A DNA stretch of 64,000 nucleotides from Candidatus Calditenuaceae archaeon HR02 (GTDB lineage: Archaea; Thermoproteota; Nitrososphaeria_A; Caldarchaeales; Calditenuaceae), in NCBI GenBank assembly GCA_002898395.1, contig BEHE01000006.1, positions 29,122-93,121 of the forward strand, given 5' to 3'. Each line of letters begins with the position of its first letter. Within the stretch, counting starts at the first letter, position 1. The notes below the pieces were generated by a model. The model saw only the letters and a program-made list of their open reading frames with translations. It did no database searches and was not told the origin of the DNA. Shown piece by piece: positions 1 to 9,935 of the stretch. The translations under genes were made by a program, and so were the position numbers.

Positions 1-13
1 CCAGCAGGCTGTT

Positions 14-226
14 GTGAGCGGGAATTTGGAGGATTTGGAGAAGGAGGTTAAGCCTATTGCCGACTATATTGTCGACGCTATTCTTAGGAAGAGCGGCCCG
101 ATCCCTTATTGGCAGATCTTTGTAAAGACGCCGTATCCAAGGGATGTTATTATCCGGGCTATGAGGTATCTAAAGGAGAAGAAGAGGATCGATATTATCG
201 GAGGCGTTGTTGAGCTTATGGAGTAG
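14..226 (+). CDS. small hypothetical protein, possible winged-helix fold
   Basis: 70-aa ORF with a helix-turn-helix-wing-like pattern (VIIRAMRYLKEKKRIDI); may be partial at the window edge. Confidence 0.5.
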   Translation: MSGNLEDLEKEVKPIADYIVDAILRKSGPIPYWQIFVKTPYPRDVIIRAMRYLKEKKRIDIIGGVVELME

Positions 227-1991
227 TTTGGAGCTCAAATAGCCCCACTGTTATGTTTCCCGAGAGCCATATGGCGATCAGTGATATTGCTGCCATTATT
301 ACTGCGTGTTTGAATCCTCCTGCTATTGTTGAGCTGGAGACTTTTCCGGCCACAAGCCCGCTTATGACGGCTATGATTATGACGGGTGGGAGGAAGAAGT
401 GTATGAACTCTGCGGAGGAGATGCTTAGGCGGGCTAGCTTTAGGAGACCCTTCATGAACGAGACCAGTATTACTACGACGACTATAAGTAGGACGGCTGT
501 GAGGTAGGGGATTATCATGAGCGGCTTGAGCGTTGCGCGCTTCTGCCTCTCAATTTCTTCCAGGTCTTCTGAAAAGGAGGCTAGGACCTCGAAGGTCTCG
601 GGGGCCCCTCCGCCGACGTCTATCGCGTCTATCAGTATGAAGACGCCGGCTCTTTCTAGCCACCCGTAGGTCCGTTTGGCGAAGTCTTCGTATATTTTTC
701 TGAGGGGCATGCCCCATCCTATCTGGCGGGCCATTATTTTGAGGTGTTTGCTGAAGGCGCCGTAGGGGTTTCTCGAGAGGTCGATTATGCATCTCTCTGG
801 GCTGAGGCCTGTTTTTCTGACCTCTGTGATGTCTCTGAGGAAGAGTGTGAGCCCGTGGACGACTGAGAAGTTTTCTGAGCCGTATTTCTGATATGCTACT
901 GCGGCGGGTGTGAAGAGTATTATAGAGAATAGGATGAGGGCTATTGAGGATTCGTAGCCTGCCTCAATGCCCATGGCCTTCCTTATTGAGACTATGATGG
1001 AGGAGGTAATGTCGAATGGTGTTATGTACTGGAGGTCTGTGAGGAAGAAGGGTACTACGAATAGTGCGAGGAATGTGAAGGCTGCTGGCATTGTTAGGTA
1101 CAGGACTTTCATGGGGCGCGGGTCTGTGACCGGGTATTTTGGCTGGCTTATGTCTGCTAGGTAGAGGAATAGGATTGACATTAGTGGGAGGAAGAGATAG
1201 GCTATGAGGGCGAACTGTTCTGAGGGCATAATGAGGAATTCTGTGGGGAGGGCTCTGGAGACTATGTAGATTGTGAAGAGGACCAGTGAGAGCATCATCG
1301 TTATTGCCGCGTACCCCTCCATAAGCATGCCCATCCTCTCGCCGACTATCCTCATCTTACCCATCCTAGATGTGAAGATCTGCTCGGTTTTTCTGATTAG
1401 GAAATGGACGACATCCCCGCCGCTTCTTATTGTTGAGGCGTAGCCCATTAGTAGGTCTCGGTATTCCTTACTGGGTAGGCCTTTGGCCATTTTCTCGATG
1501 GCTGAGACTGGGTCTAGCCCGCCTACCTTGACGTTTAGGTCTGCGAGCCGGGCTGCCTTGGCTATATTGGGCATCAGCTGGCTCTGTGCCAGCCTGGATA
1601 GGCTTTTGTAGGGTGGGATTCCGCCGGTGGACATGACGGCTAGATAGGCGGCTGCGTATGGGACCTCGCTCTCGAAGAGGGTGGCTGCAGAGGATGCCGA
1701 CATGTATGGCCAAGCTAGTCCGAGGCCTAGGGTGATTAGCGGTATTCCGGCTAGGAGGCCTAGGGCCAATAGGCTTCCTGTGAATAGGTAGGTAGTAACG
1801 GCTAGAGGGATTGATATAGCACCCGATATGACTGTTGCTGCAGCTACTATCGAGGTGAAGACCTCTGGGTATATGCGTTTTCCGGCGCTCTCTAGTTTTG
1901 ATGGGATTCCTGGCGCGATTCTGAGTAGTAGGGTTCCAAGGCTCCTGAAGTTGGAGTATGAGAAGCTCGTGAAGGACTCTGAGAAGCCCAT
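216..1991 (-). CDS. type II secretion system F family / TadC-FlaJ-like pilus membrane platform protein
   Basis: 591 aa, two T2SSF-like repeats (ELPYA-like EVPYAAAYLAVMSTGG; FLRDITEVRKTGLS), many TM segments, next to pilins. Confidence 0.9.
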   Translation of the reverse strand: MGFSESFTSFSYSNFRSLGTLLLRIAPGIPSKLESAGKRIYPEVFTSIVAAATVISGAISIPLAVTTYLFTGSLLALGLLAGIPLITLGLGLAWPYMSASSAATLFESEVPYAAAYLAVMSTGGIPPYKSLSRLAQSQLMPNIAKAARLADLNVKVGGLDPVSAIEKMAKGLPSKEYRDLLMGYASTIRSGGDVVHFLIRKTEQIFTSRMGKMRIVGERMGMLMEGYAAITMMLSLVLFTIYIVSRALPTEFLIMPSEQFALIAYLFLPLMSILFLYLADISQPKYPVTDPRPMKVLYLTMPAAFTFLALFVVPFFLTDLQYITPFDITSSIIVSIRKAMGIEAGYESSIALILFSIILFTPAAVAYQKYGSENFSVVHGLTLFLRDITEVRKTGLSPERCIIDLSRNPYGAFSKHLKIMARQIGWGMPLRKIYEDFAKRTYGWLERAGVFILIDAIDVGGGAPETFEVLASFSEDLEEIERQKRATLKPLMIIPYLTAVLLIVVVVILVSFMKGLLKLARLSISSAEFIHFFLPPVIIIAVISGLVAGKVSSSTIAGGFKHAVIMAAISLIAIWLSGNITVGLFELQTTP

Positions 1992-2114
1992 GACTCTAAT
2001 CTACCGGGCCCTACACCATATATAAGAGTTGTTTTATGGAAAATGCTCATTGGATTTCCACTGGAAGGTCTGGGTAGGAAACACATATATTGGGGAGCCT
2101 ATTCTCTTCTCTCA

Positions 2115-2516
2115 ATGATGGTTAGGCGGAAAGCTGGCATTAGCCCTGTTGTTGCGACGGTGATTCTAGTAGCTGTGGCGATAGTGATAGCGATCGCGGT
2201 GGCCTTCTGGGCGTCAGGCCTAGTCGGCGTATTCACGAGGTTCGAGAAGATCGAGATACAGTCAGCATACTGGGACGGATCTCAAGTTGTCGTGATAGCA
2301 AAGAACAGCGGCTCAAGTCCAGCGGTAGTAGACATGATACTCGTGAACGGTGTGCCCTGTGAGACCGGGTTGGCTGACCAGTTATCGGTAGGGCAAGTAT
2401 TCCAGTGGTCGGTAACACCGGGTACCAATTGTGTACAGACGGGCGGGGTCACGAACGAGATAGCCCTGCACACGACGAGCGGCAAGACGTACCCAGTAGC
2501 AGTGCTAGTGCCCTAG
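2115..2516 (+). CDS. archaeal type IV pilin (probable major pilin)
   Basis: Class III signal peptide RRKAG|ISPVVATVILVAVAIVIAIAVAFW; start moved to ATG 2115. Confidence 0.9.
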   Translation: MMVRRKAGISPVVATVILVAVAIVIAIAVAFWASGLVGVFTRFEKIEIQSAYWDGSQVVVIAKNSGSSPAVVDMILVNGVPCETGLADQLSVGQVFQWSVTPGTNCVQTGGVTNEIALHTTSGKTYPVAVLVP

Positions 2517-2595
2517 AGTTTTTAATGTATTTTTGTTGTTTTACCGCTGGAACTACTGTTATTTATCCTAGATATAAGTTTATGACCGATGTAGC

Positions 2596-3516
2596 ATGAG
2601 ATTAGTGGTGGGAACGTCCTTAAGCCAGGACAGGCGGCTCCGAGCATTGGTTGTCATCTGCGCCTATAATGAGGAGGGGAGTATAGCCGTGCCAGTATCC
2701 CGAGCGGTCAGGGAGGGTTTCGATGTCCTAGTAGTAGATGATGGGAGTGAGGACGGGACCGCAGAAGTCGCGGAGAGGCATGGAGCCACTGTAGTTAGGA
2801 GCCCTGAGAGGTGTGGGAAAGCCGCCGCCCTGAGCAGGGCAATAGACTACGCAAAGACCCAAGGATACGGCGCAATAATAGAGATAGGTGCAGACGCAAT
2901 ACCAACACAAGGAAGCATCACCAAAATATACCAGTACCTAACATCACCAAAGATAGGGGCCGTCTCCGCCCTCCAAATACCACTAGGAAAAGGCCTAGCA
3001 TACAATATAGACGAACTCATGTGGAGCGTCCTAGCCATAGGAAAATCACTACAACAACGTCTAAACCGCCCAGTCCACCTAGGAGCTGTAATGTACGGGG
3101 TCAAACTCGAAAGTATCGACAAGCCATTAAACATCATCAACGATGATGAATATATCGGCAAAGCAGTACACAAAAGTGGAAAACCTCATCTGTTCTTAGA
3201 AGATAGTGTGGTATACTTCGACGCCTCAACATCGATAAAACATCTCTTTACCAGAAGAAAACGCATGATACTAGGACACCTCCAGCTCGGAAAATCTACA
3301 GCGCCAAGCATGCAACCCGATCTACTAGCAGTTGCGACGCTACTATCACTAATAAAAAAACCATCCAGAATAACGTGGCTAATACCTGCCGCTGTAATAG
3401 AAATAGCTGCGAGGCTAGCAGCCTTCGCAGAACTGAGAAAAGAAAAACTACTAAAAGAGTACATAAAATGGCATACACATGGATTGAAAAAGCCCATTCA
3501 ATACAATGTAGTCTGA
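2596..3516 (+). CDS. glycosyltransferase family 2
   Basis: VVICAYNEE, VVDDGSEDGT, GKAAAL motifs; C-terminal hydrophobic segment. Confidence 0.9.
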   Translation: MRLVVGTSLSQDRRLRALVVICAYNEEGSIAVPVSRAVREGFDVLVVDDGSEDGTAEVAERHGATVVRSPERCGKAAALSRAIDYAKTQGYGAIIEIGADAIPTQGSITKIYQYLTSPKIGAVSALQIPLGKGLAYNIDELMWSVLAIGKSLQQRLNRPVHLGAVMYGVKLESIDKPLNIINDDEYIGKAVHKSGKPHLFLEDSVVYFDASTSIKHLFTRRKRMILGHLQLGKSTAPSMQPDLLAVATLLSLIKKPSRITWLIPAAVIEIAARLAAFAELRKEKLLKEYIKWHTHGLKKPIQYNVV

Positions 3517-3517
3517 A

Positions 3518-4447
3518 ATGCTATCAAAGGTATCCGTAATAATTGTGAATAAGGACGGCAGAGACCTATTGGACGAATGCCTAAATTCACTTTTTAGCCT
3601 TACGGTCTACCCAACCTATATCGTGATAGTGGTGGACAACGCCTCTAGTGATGGTAGCGTCGAGTTAGTCAAAGAAAAATTTCCTCAAGTTGAGATAATA
3701 ACGTTACACCGAAATTATGGGTTCACAAAAGCAAACAATATAGCCATTAAATATGCTATCCAGAGTTTCAAGCCAGATTACGTCTTTTTGCTCAATAATG
3801 ATACAAAGATAATACAAAGGGACTGGCTAGAGCAGCTGGTAAAATGTGGATACCACATCGTACAACCAATCATACTAAATAAAGACGGAAGCGTACAAAG
3901 CAAAGGAGGGGGAATAACCATTTTCGGGGTTCCATACCTAATCAAGGACAAAGAGCAGCCGCTATGGGTCAGCTTTGCAGCAGTTTTAATCTCCAGAGAG
4001 GTGCTTGAAAAAATAGGGTTGTTAGCTGAAAATTACATAATCTATGCAGAAGATTTAGAATTTTGTTTGCGCGCAAAAACCTGTGGTTTTAAAATAGGTG
4101 TCGCAAATACGCAGATTATACATTATGGTACTTCCACAATAATGAAACTTGCACATGACAAACATGTTTACTACTATTACAAGACACGAAATGATTACTG
4201 GACTATCGCCAAATATTATAGTTCAAGAATTATGAAGTTGGGGTATATCGCCTTTAGCATACTTCAGTCGCTCATCCTTTTATTGAAGAGAAATACTAGG
4301 GGAAGTAAGAGCGTCATTGTCGGATTATTCCACGCTCTGCGCTCTTCGAAAACAAAGAAATATTATAGCCTTCCACCACCCAAACCCAGATTATCTGTTT
4401 TATTGATAGCTGTTAAGAGATGGCTGGAAAATTCTTTACGTTCCTAG
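3518..4447 (+). CDS. glycosyltransferase family 2 (rhamnosyltransferase-like)
   Basis: VSVIIVN, VVDNASSDGS, NYGFTKANN, LLNNDT, YAEDLEFCLR motifs. Confidence 0.9.
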   Translation: MLSKVSVIIVNKDGRDLLDECLNSLFSLTVYPTYIVIVVDNASSDGSVELVKEKFPQVEIITLHRNYGFTKANNIAIKYAIQSFKPDYVFLLNNDTKIIQRDWLEQLVKCGYHIVQPIILNKDGSVQSKGGGITIFGVPYLIKDKEQPLWVSFAAVLISREVLEKIGLLAENYIIYAEDLEFCLRAKTCGFKIGVANTQIIHYGTSTIMKLAHDKHVYYYYKTRNDYWTIAKYYSSRIMKLGYIAFSILQSLILLLKRNTRGSKSVIVGLFHALRSSKTKKYYSLPPPKPRLSVLLIAVKRWLENSLRS

Positions 4448-4459
4448 TAAGATTGGAAG

Positions 4460-4867
4460 CTAGATTCGCCCTATCAGTAAAGCACCAATAATTATGAGAA
4501 TAATTCCAACCCACTGCTGTATAGTTACAGACTCTTTCAGTAAAAAATATCCAACAAATACAATCGAGATTATGGATATTGAGAGGAAGAATCGGCCCAG
4601 CATAACACCCATCTCATTGTAGACCCAGTAGCTCAGCACAGCTACCGTGAAGCCCGTAAGCATCGCCAGTATAAACCATCTGTTAAAGAAGAGGTTGAAG
4701 AAGAACCTTAGAGAAGCCTCGGGCCCACCTACCTCCCTCAAAGTCAGCCCCCATAACAACGTATTCAAACCCACCAATACTGCAACCAAGAATCCCAGGT
4801 ACCAGTGTGTGGCAGCCAAACCCACTACCCTCACCCGGTTAACCAACTCTAACCCAGCAGCAACCAT
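4460..4867 (-). CDS. small EamA/SMR-like membrane protein (possible lipid-sugar flippase)
   Basis: About 4 TM segments ending FLLKESVTIQQWVGIILIIIGALLI, typical EamA/ArnE-F C-terminus; start uncertain. Confidence 0.7.
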   Translation of the reverse strand: MVAAGLELVNRVRVVGLAATHWYLGFLVAVLVGLNTLLWGLTLREVGGPEASLRFFFNLFFNRWFILAMLTGFTVAVLSYWVYNEMGVMLGRFFLSISIISIVFVGYFLLKESVTIQQWVGIILIIIGALLIGRI

Positions 4868-4944
4868 ATATCTCTTCAAAACACCCCGCCACCGACAAGC
4901 CGCTAGGAATTTATACCCAATACACAGGTATTTCAGCAAACGGC

Positions 4945-6315
4945 TTGCAAACCAGCAATAAGACAAAAGCCATACTCGTAGCCATCATAATGCTAGGCTT
5001 TGCCATACGGTATATGGTCTGGATCTACCCGATGTTCGGCGCCCAAGGGCTCACCATCTACGACACCGGTACATACGCCGGATTCGGCCTCTCCTATATA
5101 CAGTCAATATCCTCGATGAATCTCACGGCCATGGCGGAGATAAACCCGGGAGTGCCACCCCTAGCCATGATCCTAACGGGCCTATCAGCACACACGTTCG
5201 GGCAACTAGTGGGCCAGGTCCAGGCGAGCCTACTAGCCCCCATAGCAGCCTCATCACTCACCGCAATCCCAGCCTACATAGTCGCGAGGAGATACTCCGC
5301 CAAGTGGTCCCTACTAGCGCCACTACTGATAGAGTTGGACCCATTCCAAGTCCAGTTCTCATCAGCCTACCTAGACTCAATCGGGACACTCTTCGCCCTC
5401 ACATCCACCACATGTCTCCTCAACCAAGCCGAGGAGAAGAGGTGGTTCACACTAGCTATATTCTTCGCCTCACTCGCGGTGCTCTGCAAGCTCACCTTCG
5501 CGGGCTACGTAGTCCTCCTCAGCCTCCTCATGACTCTCACCAGGCAGATAACCGTGAAGCGCGGAGCGCTCTACACCGCAATACCCGTAGCATCCATAGC
5601 CCTGAGCCCATGGGTCTGGACCCCCACAACTCTCTCGACAAGCATCCAGGGAAACCTGACCTTCAACAACACACCACTCGCATCTATCATAGGCCCCTTT
5701 GCCATAGGCGTGCCACAATCCCTCCCATGGTACATACTGACATATCTTGGCTTGGGTCACGTCTCCTGGAACACCTTACCCCTCACCTCAACCTTCACCC
5801 TCTTCCTCGCCCTACTGTACAGAGCGGTGAAACGCGAGCTCAATCCCCCAAAGACACTAACAACCGCCGCCTCAGCCATGGTTTTAACCCTATTCCTCAT
5901 CCCTCGCAACTATTGGACCTACTCCTGGGCTGGAGGCTTCCTTCAAGGCGTACTCGCCAAACAATTTTACCCATACTACTTCTATCCGCTTGCACCATTC
6001 GCAGCCACCCTGGCAGCACCACTCATCGCAGGCCTAAAGGGCGACACCATCAAGGAGAGAACAGTAACATACCCCATATACATGGCGGCCATCCTCTCAC
6101 CCATCGCCCTCATCATGAACCTCGGCTTTCCATACTGGGACTTCCTCTTCACACTAATCTACAGCTCAACTCAAGGCAGCTGGATACTTGAGGGCACAGC
6201 CGCCGCGGCAATAACCACCGCAACACTCATAGCCACCATCACAGCCGCCGAACTCCTACATAGAAAGAGCAGACCCAATGGCCAATCTGGTCGGAAGAGG
6301 CGGGAACAATTGTAA
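4945..6315 (+). CDS. polytopic membrane GT-C-like glycosyltransferase (PMT/ArnT-like)
   Basis: About 11-12 TM; first-loop YD..Y, NPGVPPL, AYLD, LCKLT motifs resembling GT39/GT83. Confidence 0.65.
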   Translation: MQTSNKTKAILVAIIMLGFAIRYMVWIYPMFGAQGLTIYDTGTYAGFGLSYIQSISSMNLTAMAEINPGVPPLAMILTGLSAHTFGQLVGQVQASLLAPIAASSLTAIPAYIVARRYSAKWSLLAPLLIELDPFQVQFSSAYLDSIGTLFALTSTTCLLNQAEEKRWFTLAIFFASLAVLCKLTFAGYVVLLSLLMTLTRQITVKRGALYTAIPVASIALSPWVWTPTTLSTSIQGNLTFNNTPLASIIGPFAIGVPQSLPWYILTYLGLGHVSWNTLPLTSTFTLFLALLYRAVKRELNPPKTLTTAASAMVLTLFLIPRNYWTYSWAGGFLQGVLAKQFYPYYFYPLAPFAATLAAPLIAGLKGDTIKERTVTYPIYMAAILSPIALIMNLGFPYWDFLFTLIYSSTQGSWILEGTAAAAITTATLIATITAAELLHRKSRPNGQSGRKRREQL

Positions 6316-6404
6316 ATCAGTAGAAAAATACTAATAAGTCACGACGACAAATCAGCCTACACAAAATTAAAAGATATATACTGGTTACGTCAACTGTTAA
6401 TCAA

Positions 6405-6926
6405 TTGGAGCGGGACGTGCCCCCTCACACAAACCCCAGATGCGGGCCTAGGGGGAAGCGCGGGGATACAGTAATCCTTGGCGAAATCCTCCTCTTCGCA
6501 GGCGTCGTAACGCTAGGCCTGGCGTTGTGGGGGCTATCCCTCGGCTACGTGACCTCACACTCCACAAAGCTAACAGAAGACTATGACAGGTTCGTCTCAC
6601 GGCAGAGGGGCTTCCTCATAGTCGAGGCCGTCTCACTCCAGAGCAATGTGGTGTGGGTGTCAAACCCTGGGCTGAACGACGCCGCCATTATAAGCTGCAC
6701 AATATATCCGAAGACCACACCATCCCCCGGCATAAGATACAATGTAAGGGGCGTAATAGTAGAGGCCTCGTCCTACAGGCCGACAGCCCTGATAGGCTGT
6801 GAACGATTCCCCGGCCCACCGCCATACACAGTCGAGGTCTGGTACATCTCCGCGCACCTCTACAACCCGCAAGACCCGGCCAGAAACTCGATGTACGCCC
6901 TCGTGGCCCGATATGAGAAAGGATAG
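6405..6926 (+). CDS. pilin-like protein (family A, short)
   Basis: KRG|DTVILGEILLFAGVVTLGLALWG signal-like N-terminus; shares WY...LYNP.DP motif with 9917 and 11658 ORFs. Confidence 0.7.
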   Translation: MERDVPPHTNPRCGPRGKRGDTVILGEILLFAGVVTLGLALWGLSLGYVTSHSTKLTEDYDRFVSRQRGFLIVEAVSLQSNVVWVSNPGLNDAAIISCTIYPKTTPSPGIRYNVRGVIVEASSYRPTALIGCERFPGPPPYTVEVWYISAHLYNPQDPARNSMYALVARYEKG

Positions 6927-8103
6927 CACAGGAATCTCCACAATGGTAGGGATGGCGATAATCATAGCGATATTCTTCACAACCCTTATCCCACTCTATC
7001 TCTACATGTCAAGTCTCTATAGCCTACTCTCCAACGAGACGAACTCTAGAATGATAAGAGATGTGGACAGGGAGACGGAGGACTTGAAGCTATTCGTTGA
7101 GGGAAAATCGGGGATAAACCAGGAAAACCCAAGCATAAGCGTAATCCTGAAGAACACCTCACCCCTGCTGATAAGGGTTGAGCGGATATGGATGATGAAT
7201 GTGGAGACCGGCTCACCCGTCGGAGACGCACCCTGCATAGATAGGGTACTTGACGTGCCCCCCGGCTGGAACGTCACAATCCAAGTAAATGCTTGTGTCC
7301 AAGGATTCACTGGAAGGGCCCAGTTCATAGCAGTCACTGAGAGGGGCCGGCTATTCGGCTCCGAACCCATCGACCTCCTGCGGGGGAGAATCATCTCAGG
7401 CCTCTTCCCCTACACCCTCACCGTCTCAGTCATCAATATGAAGAGGGGAAGCGAATACACCATCGACATCCTGCCACTCGGAGACGCCGACATACACCCC
7501 CGCTCCATAACCTACAAGGCCACAGCCTCAAACGAGAACATCTCACTCTCCTTCGGAGCCACGGCGGGGACCTTCCTAGTCTATCTATCAGAGAGCGGGG
7601 TCTTGGTCTCGACATCAAGGCTCCTGGCACCGCCAACTAATCCAGTAGCTGTAACCCTGCCGGACTACTGGAACGCAATCTTCATACTCAGCAGATCCCC
7701 GATACAGCCCGTGACCATCGACCTAGAGATATCCGCCCCCACCCGCGTCCTCGAGGGACAGTCATTCCAGTTCCAAATAATTCTCAGCCTACCAGCACAG
7801 GCCGACGAAGACGTTAGAGTCAACCACGATAGGATAATCCAGGCCATCAGGATAAGCGGAGACTACGAGCAAAATACACTCCAGTGCTTGCCGATAGCTG
7901 AGACACTCACACCAGGCTCAACTAGCATCGCCCTCAGCTGCTCCCTCACAGCGGCGGAGCTGCAGGGCAACAGAAACTCCGGCTCGATAACCATCACAGT
8001 AAACCAGCTGCAAAACTGTGGGACAGGAGTGAACTCAGGCCAACCATACCCTTCAGACCAGGACTCAACAACCATAGATGTGAGGAGGCAGAAGGGGAGG
8101 TGA
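6913..8103 (+). CDS. large pilin-like / adhesin protein (family B)
   Basis: MRKDSTG|ISTMVGMAIIIAIFFTTLIP class III-like signal; start moved to ATG 6913. Confidence 0.75.
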   Translation: MRKDSTGISTMVGMAIIIAIFFTTLIPLYLYMSSLYSLLSNETNSRMIRDVDRETEDLKLFVEGKSGINQENPSISVILKNTSPLLIRVERIWMMNVETGSPVGDAPCIDRVLDVPPGWNVTIQVNACVQGFTGRAQFIAVTERGRLFGSEPIDLLRGRIISGLFPYTLTVSVINMKRGSEYTIDILPLGDADIHPRSITYKATASNENISLSFGATAGTFLVYLSESGVLVSTSRLLAPPTNPVAVTLPDYWNAIFILSRSPIQPVTIDLEISAPTRVLEGQSFQFQIILSLPAQADEDVRVNHDRIIQAIRISGDYEQNTLQCLPIAETLTPGSTSIALSCSLTAAELQGNRNSGSITITVNQLQNCGTGVNSGQPYPSDQDSTTIDVRRQKGR

Positions 8104-8104
8104 G

Positions 8105-9397
8105 CTAGGAGATTGGCGCCCTACACGAAGTCCTTATATTGGCGCCCTCCTGCCACCATTTACAGACATAAACTACGCCGTTTGCCACGGGCGACGAAAA
8201 TTCACCATCATCCACTGAATAGTTGTTCCCAGTAACTAGGCCGCGGGCGTTCACAACCCTGAGACGATAGACGAAGTATCCACCATAATCCTTCTTGTTT
8301 TCTCCCTCGTCGACTACCCTTAATGTGAATAGCCCAATGTACGTGTTGCCCGGTGACATCCTCCTCACTTCGGTTCTGAGGAAGGTGGTGCTCAAGGTCA
8401 CATTGTCGTAGCCCAAAACCTCTAGAAAGACCTGGACATCGCCTAGAGGCTCTGTATTGTTCCCTAGGCTCAAGATAAAGGGTATCGTGACTGTCTGCTC
8501 AGTAGTTCTTTCATCCATGATTACCATAAGGTTTGGCTGGAGAGGGGTTATTTGGAGAGGTATAGGTGTTGGAACCGTGAGCCGGGGTAGCGGCCCTATC
8601 TGCACCACCGTGTGACCGCTCGCCTCAACCCTAACGGGGCTTGGAGTAATGTTTGTACACGCACTCCCATCATACTGGCAGCGTAGGGCCCTCACCCTGT
8701 ATATGCCCGGCGCTATGTTAAACGCGAAGACATCCGACATATCCTCCACACTCGAGATGTATCGCACAGCACGTGCAGACCCTAAACAGCCTTCCGCAAA
8801 TTCTTCACTCCGCAAAGAGACGCATCCGCGAGCCATACTGACGTCAGATCCGCTCTCCACCTCGACCTCCACCCTGTATCTGTATCCTAGACTTACATTG
8901 CTTAGCTGGACTACTAGGAGGTAGGGTAGGGAGTTGGGGCCTATCGGCTCGCCTGAGACGAAGCTGTTGCCCCTGAGCGTGGGGGCCCTCACCAAGACTT
9001 TCTCGCCTGGCTCAACAATAAAGTTTAGAGGCTTCATTATCACGGCTCCCGGCGGCATCTTAAACTCCTCGTCGGTAATTTTCTGCAAGCCGACTCTACT
9101 ACTCTCGACATAAAGGATTGGGACGTCAACCTCGATGGGGCCCTTATTCATCATAACGATGAACAGACTCCTTTTACGGAAGGGGTTTAACTCGGGTGGC
9201 TGTAGGGTTGCGATAATCTCTAGCTTTTCGTTCAGCTTCTCAACCTCGAACTGGAGCCTCCTGGAGACCTCGTCCATGAATATGGTCTGTATCTGCTGGA
9301 TGTAGAGCCACATGGGGATCATGATCGTGAAGAATATCATTACTGCAATCGCTGTGCCAACAACAGCCGAGACACCTGAGCGCCTCCTATTTCTCAC
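8105..9397 (-). CDS. large pilin-like / adhesin protein (family B)
   Basis: RRRSG|VSAVVGTAIAVMIFFTIMIP signal; paralogous to the 6913 ORF (T.RG..F...PI....PY.L.V). Confidence 0.75.
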   Translation of the reverse strand: MRNRRRSGVSAVVGTAIAVMIFFTIMIPMWLYIQQIQTIFMDEVSRRLQFEVEKLNEKLEIIATLQPPELNPFRKRSLFIVMMNKGPIEVDVPILYVESSRVGLQKITDEEFKMPPGAVIMKPLNFIVEPGEKVLVRAPTLRGNSFVSGEPIGPNSLPYLLVVQLSNVSLGYRYRVEVEVESGSDVSMARGCVSLRSEEFAEGCLGSARAVRYISSVEDMSDVFAFNIAPGIYRVRALRCQYDGSACTNITPSPVRVEASGHTVVQIGPLPRLTVPTPIPLQITPLQPNLMVIMDERTTEQTVTIPFILSLGNNTEPLGDVQVFLEVLGYDNVTLSTTFLRTEVRRMSPGNTYIGLFTLRVVDEGENKKDYGGYFVYRLRVVNARGLVTGNNYSVDDGEFSSPVANGVVYVCKWWQEGANIRTSCRAPIS

Positions 9398-9404
9398 CAG
9401 CCCA

Positions 9405-9935
9405 TCACCCAGCTATGTTGGTTCTCGTGGTTGTAGTGGTTACCGTGACGGTGTAAGTGCTCGTGGATATCGTTGTCGTAGTCGTTGAGGTTGTGATGGT
9501 GAGGGGGGCTGAGGTTGTTGTTACGCTGGTGGTTCTGACCGTGGTGGGGGTTGTAATGGTTACAGTCGTATAGAGTGTGGCAGTGGTTGTGGTCCGCGAC
9601 ACGGTATATTTTGTAACCCATACTACGACGGTTGATGTTGAAGTTCTTGTCGTTACTGTAGAAGTCGTAGTGGTTGTTCTTGTAGTTGTTGAAGTACCGC
9701 TCGTGAGTGTTGTAGTGGTTCTGAGAGTTCTTGTGAACGTATTTGTGGTGGTTCCATAGGATTCCGTGGTTGTTGTAGACTCTGTTACCCAGCTGGTTGT
9801 GGTGGTTGTTGTAGTCGTAGTGGTGGTGACAACCCTATACGTCTGAGCTAGAACGGTTAGGCTAAGCGCAAGTATGGTCAGAATCGCCATTGTAACTGCA
9901 AGCCCCCTCGTCTTTCTCACCTTATACTCGACCAA
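9405..9935 (-). CDS. secreted threonine-rich protein
   Basis: Signal peptide (RKTRG-LAVTMAILTILALSLTVLA); about half of residues are Thr; overlaps upstream gene in the operon. Confidence 0.7.
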   Translation of the reverse strand: MVEYKVRKTRGLAVTMAILTILALSLTVLAQTYRVVTTTTTTTTTTTSWVTESTTTTESYGTTTNTFTRTLRTTTTLTSGTSTTTRTTTTTSTVTTRTSTSTVVVWVTKYTVSRTTTTATLYTTVTITTPTTVRTTSVTTTSAPLTITTSTTTTTISTSTYTVTVTTTTTRTNIAG

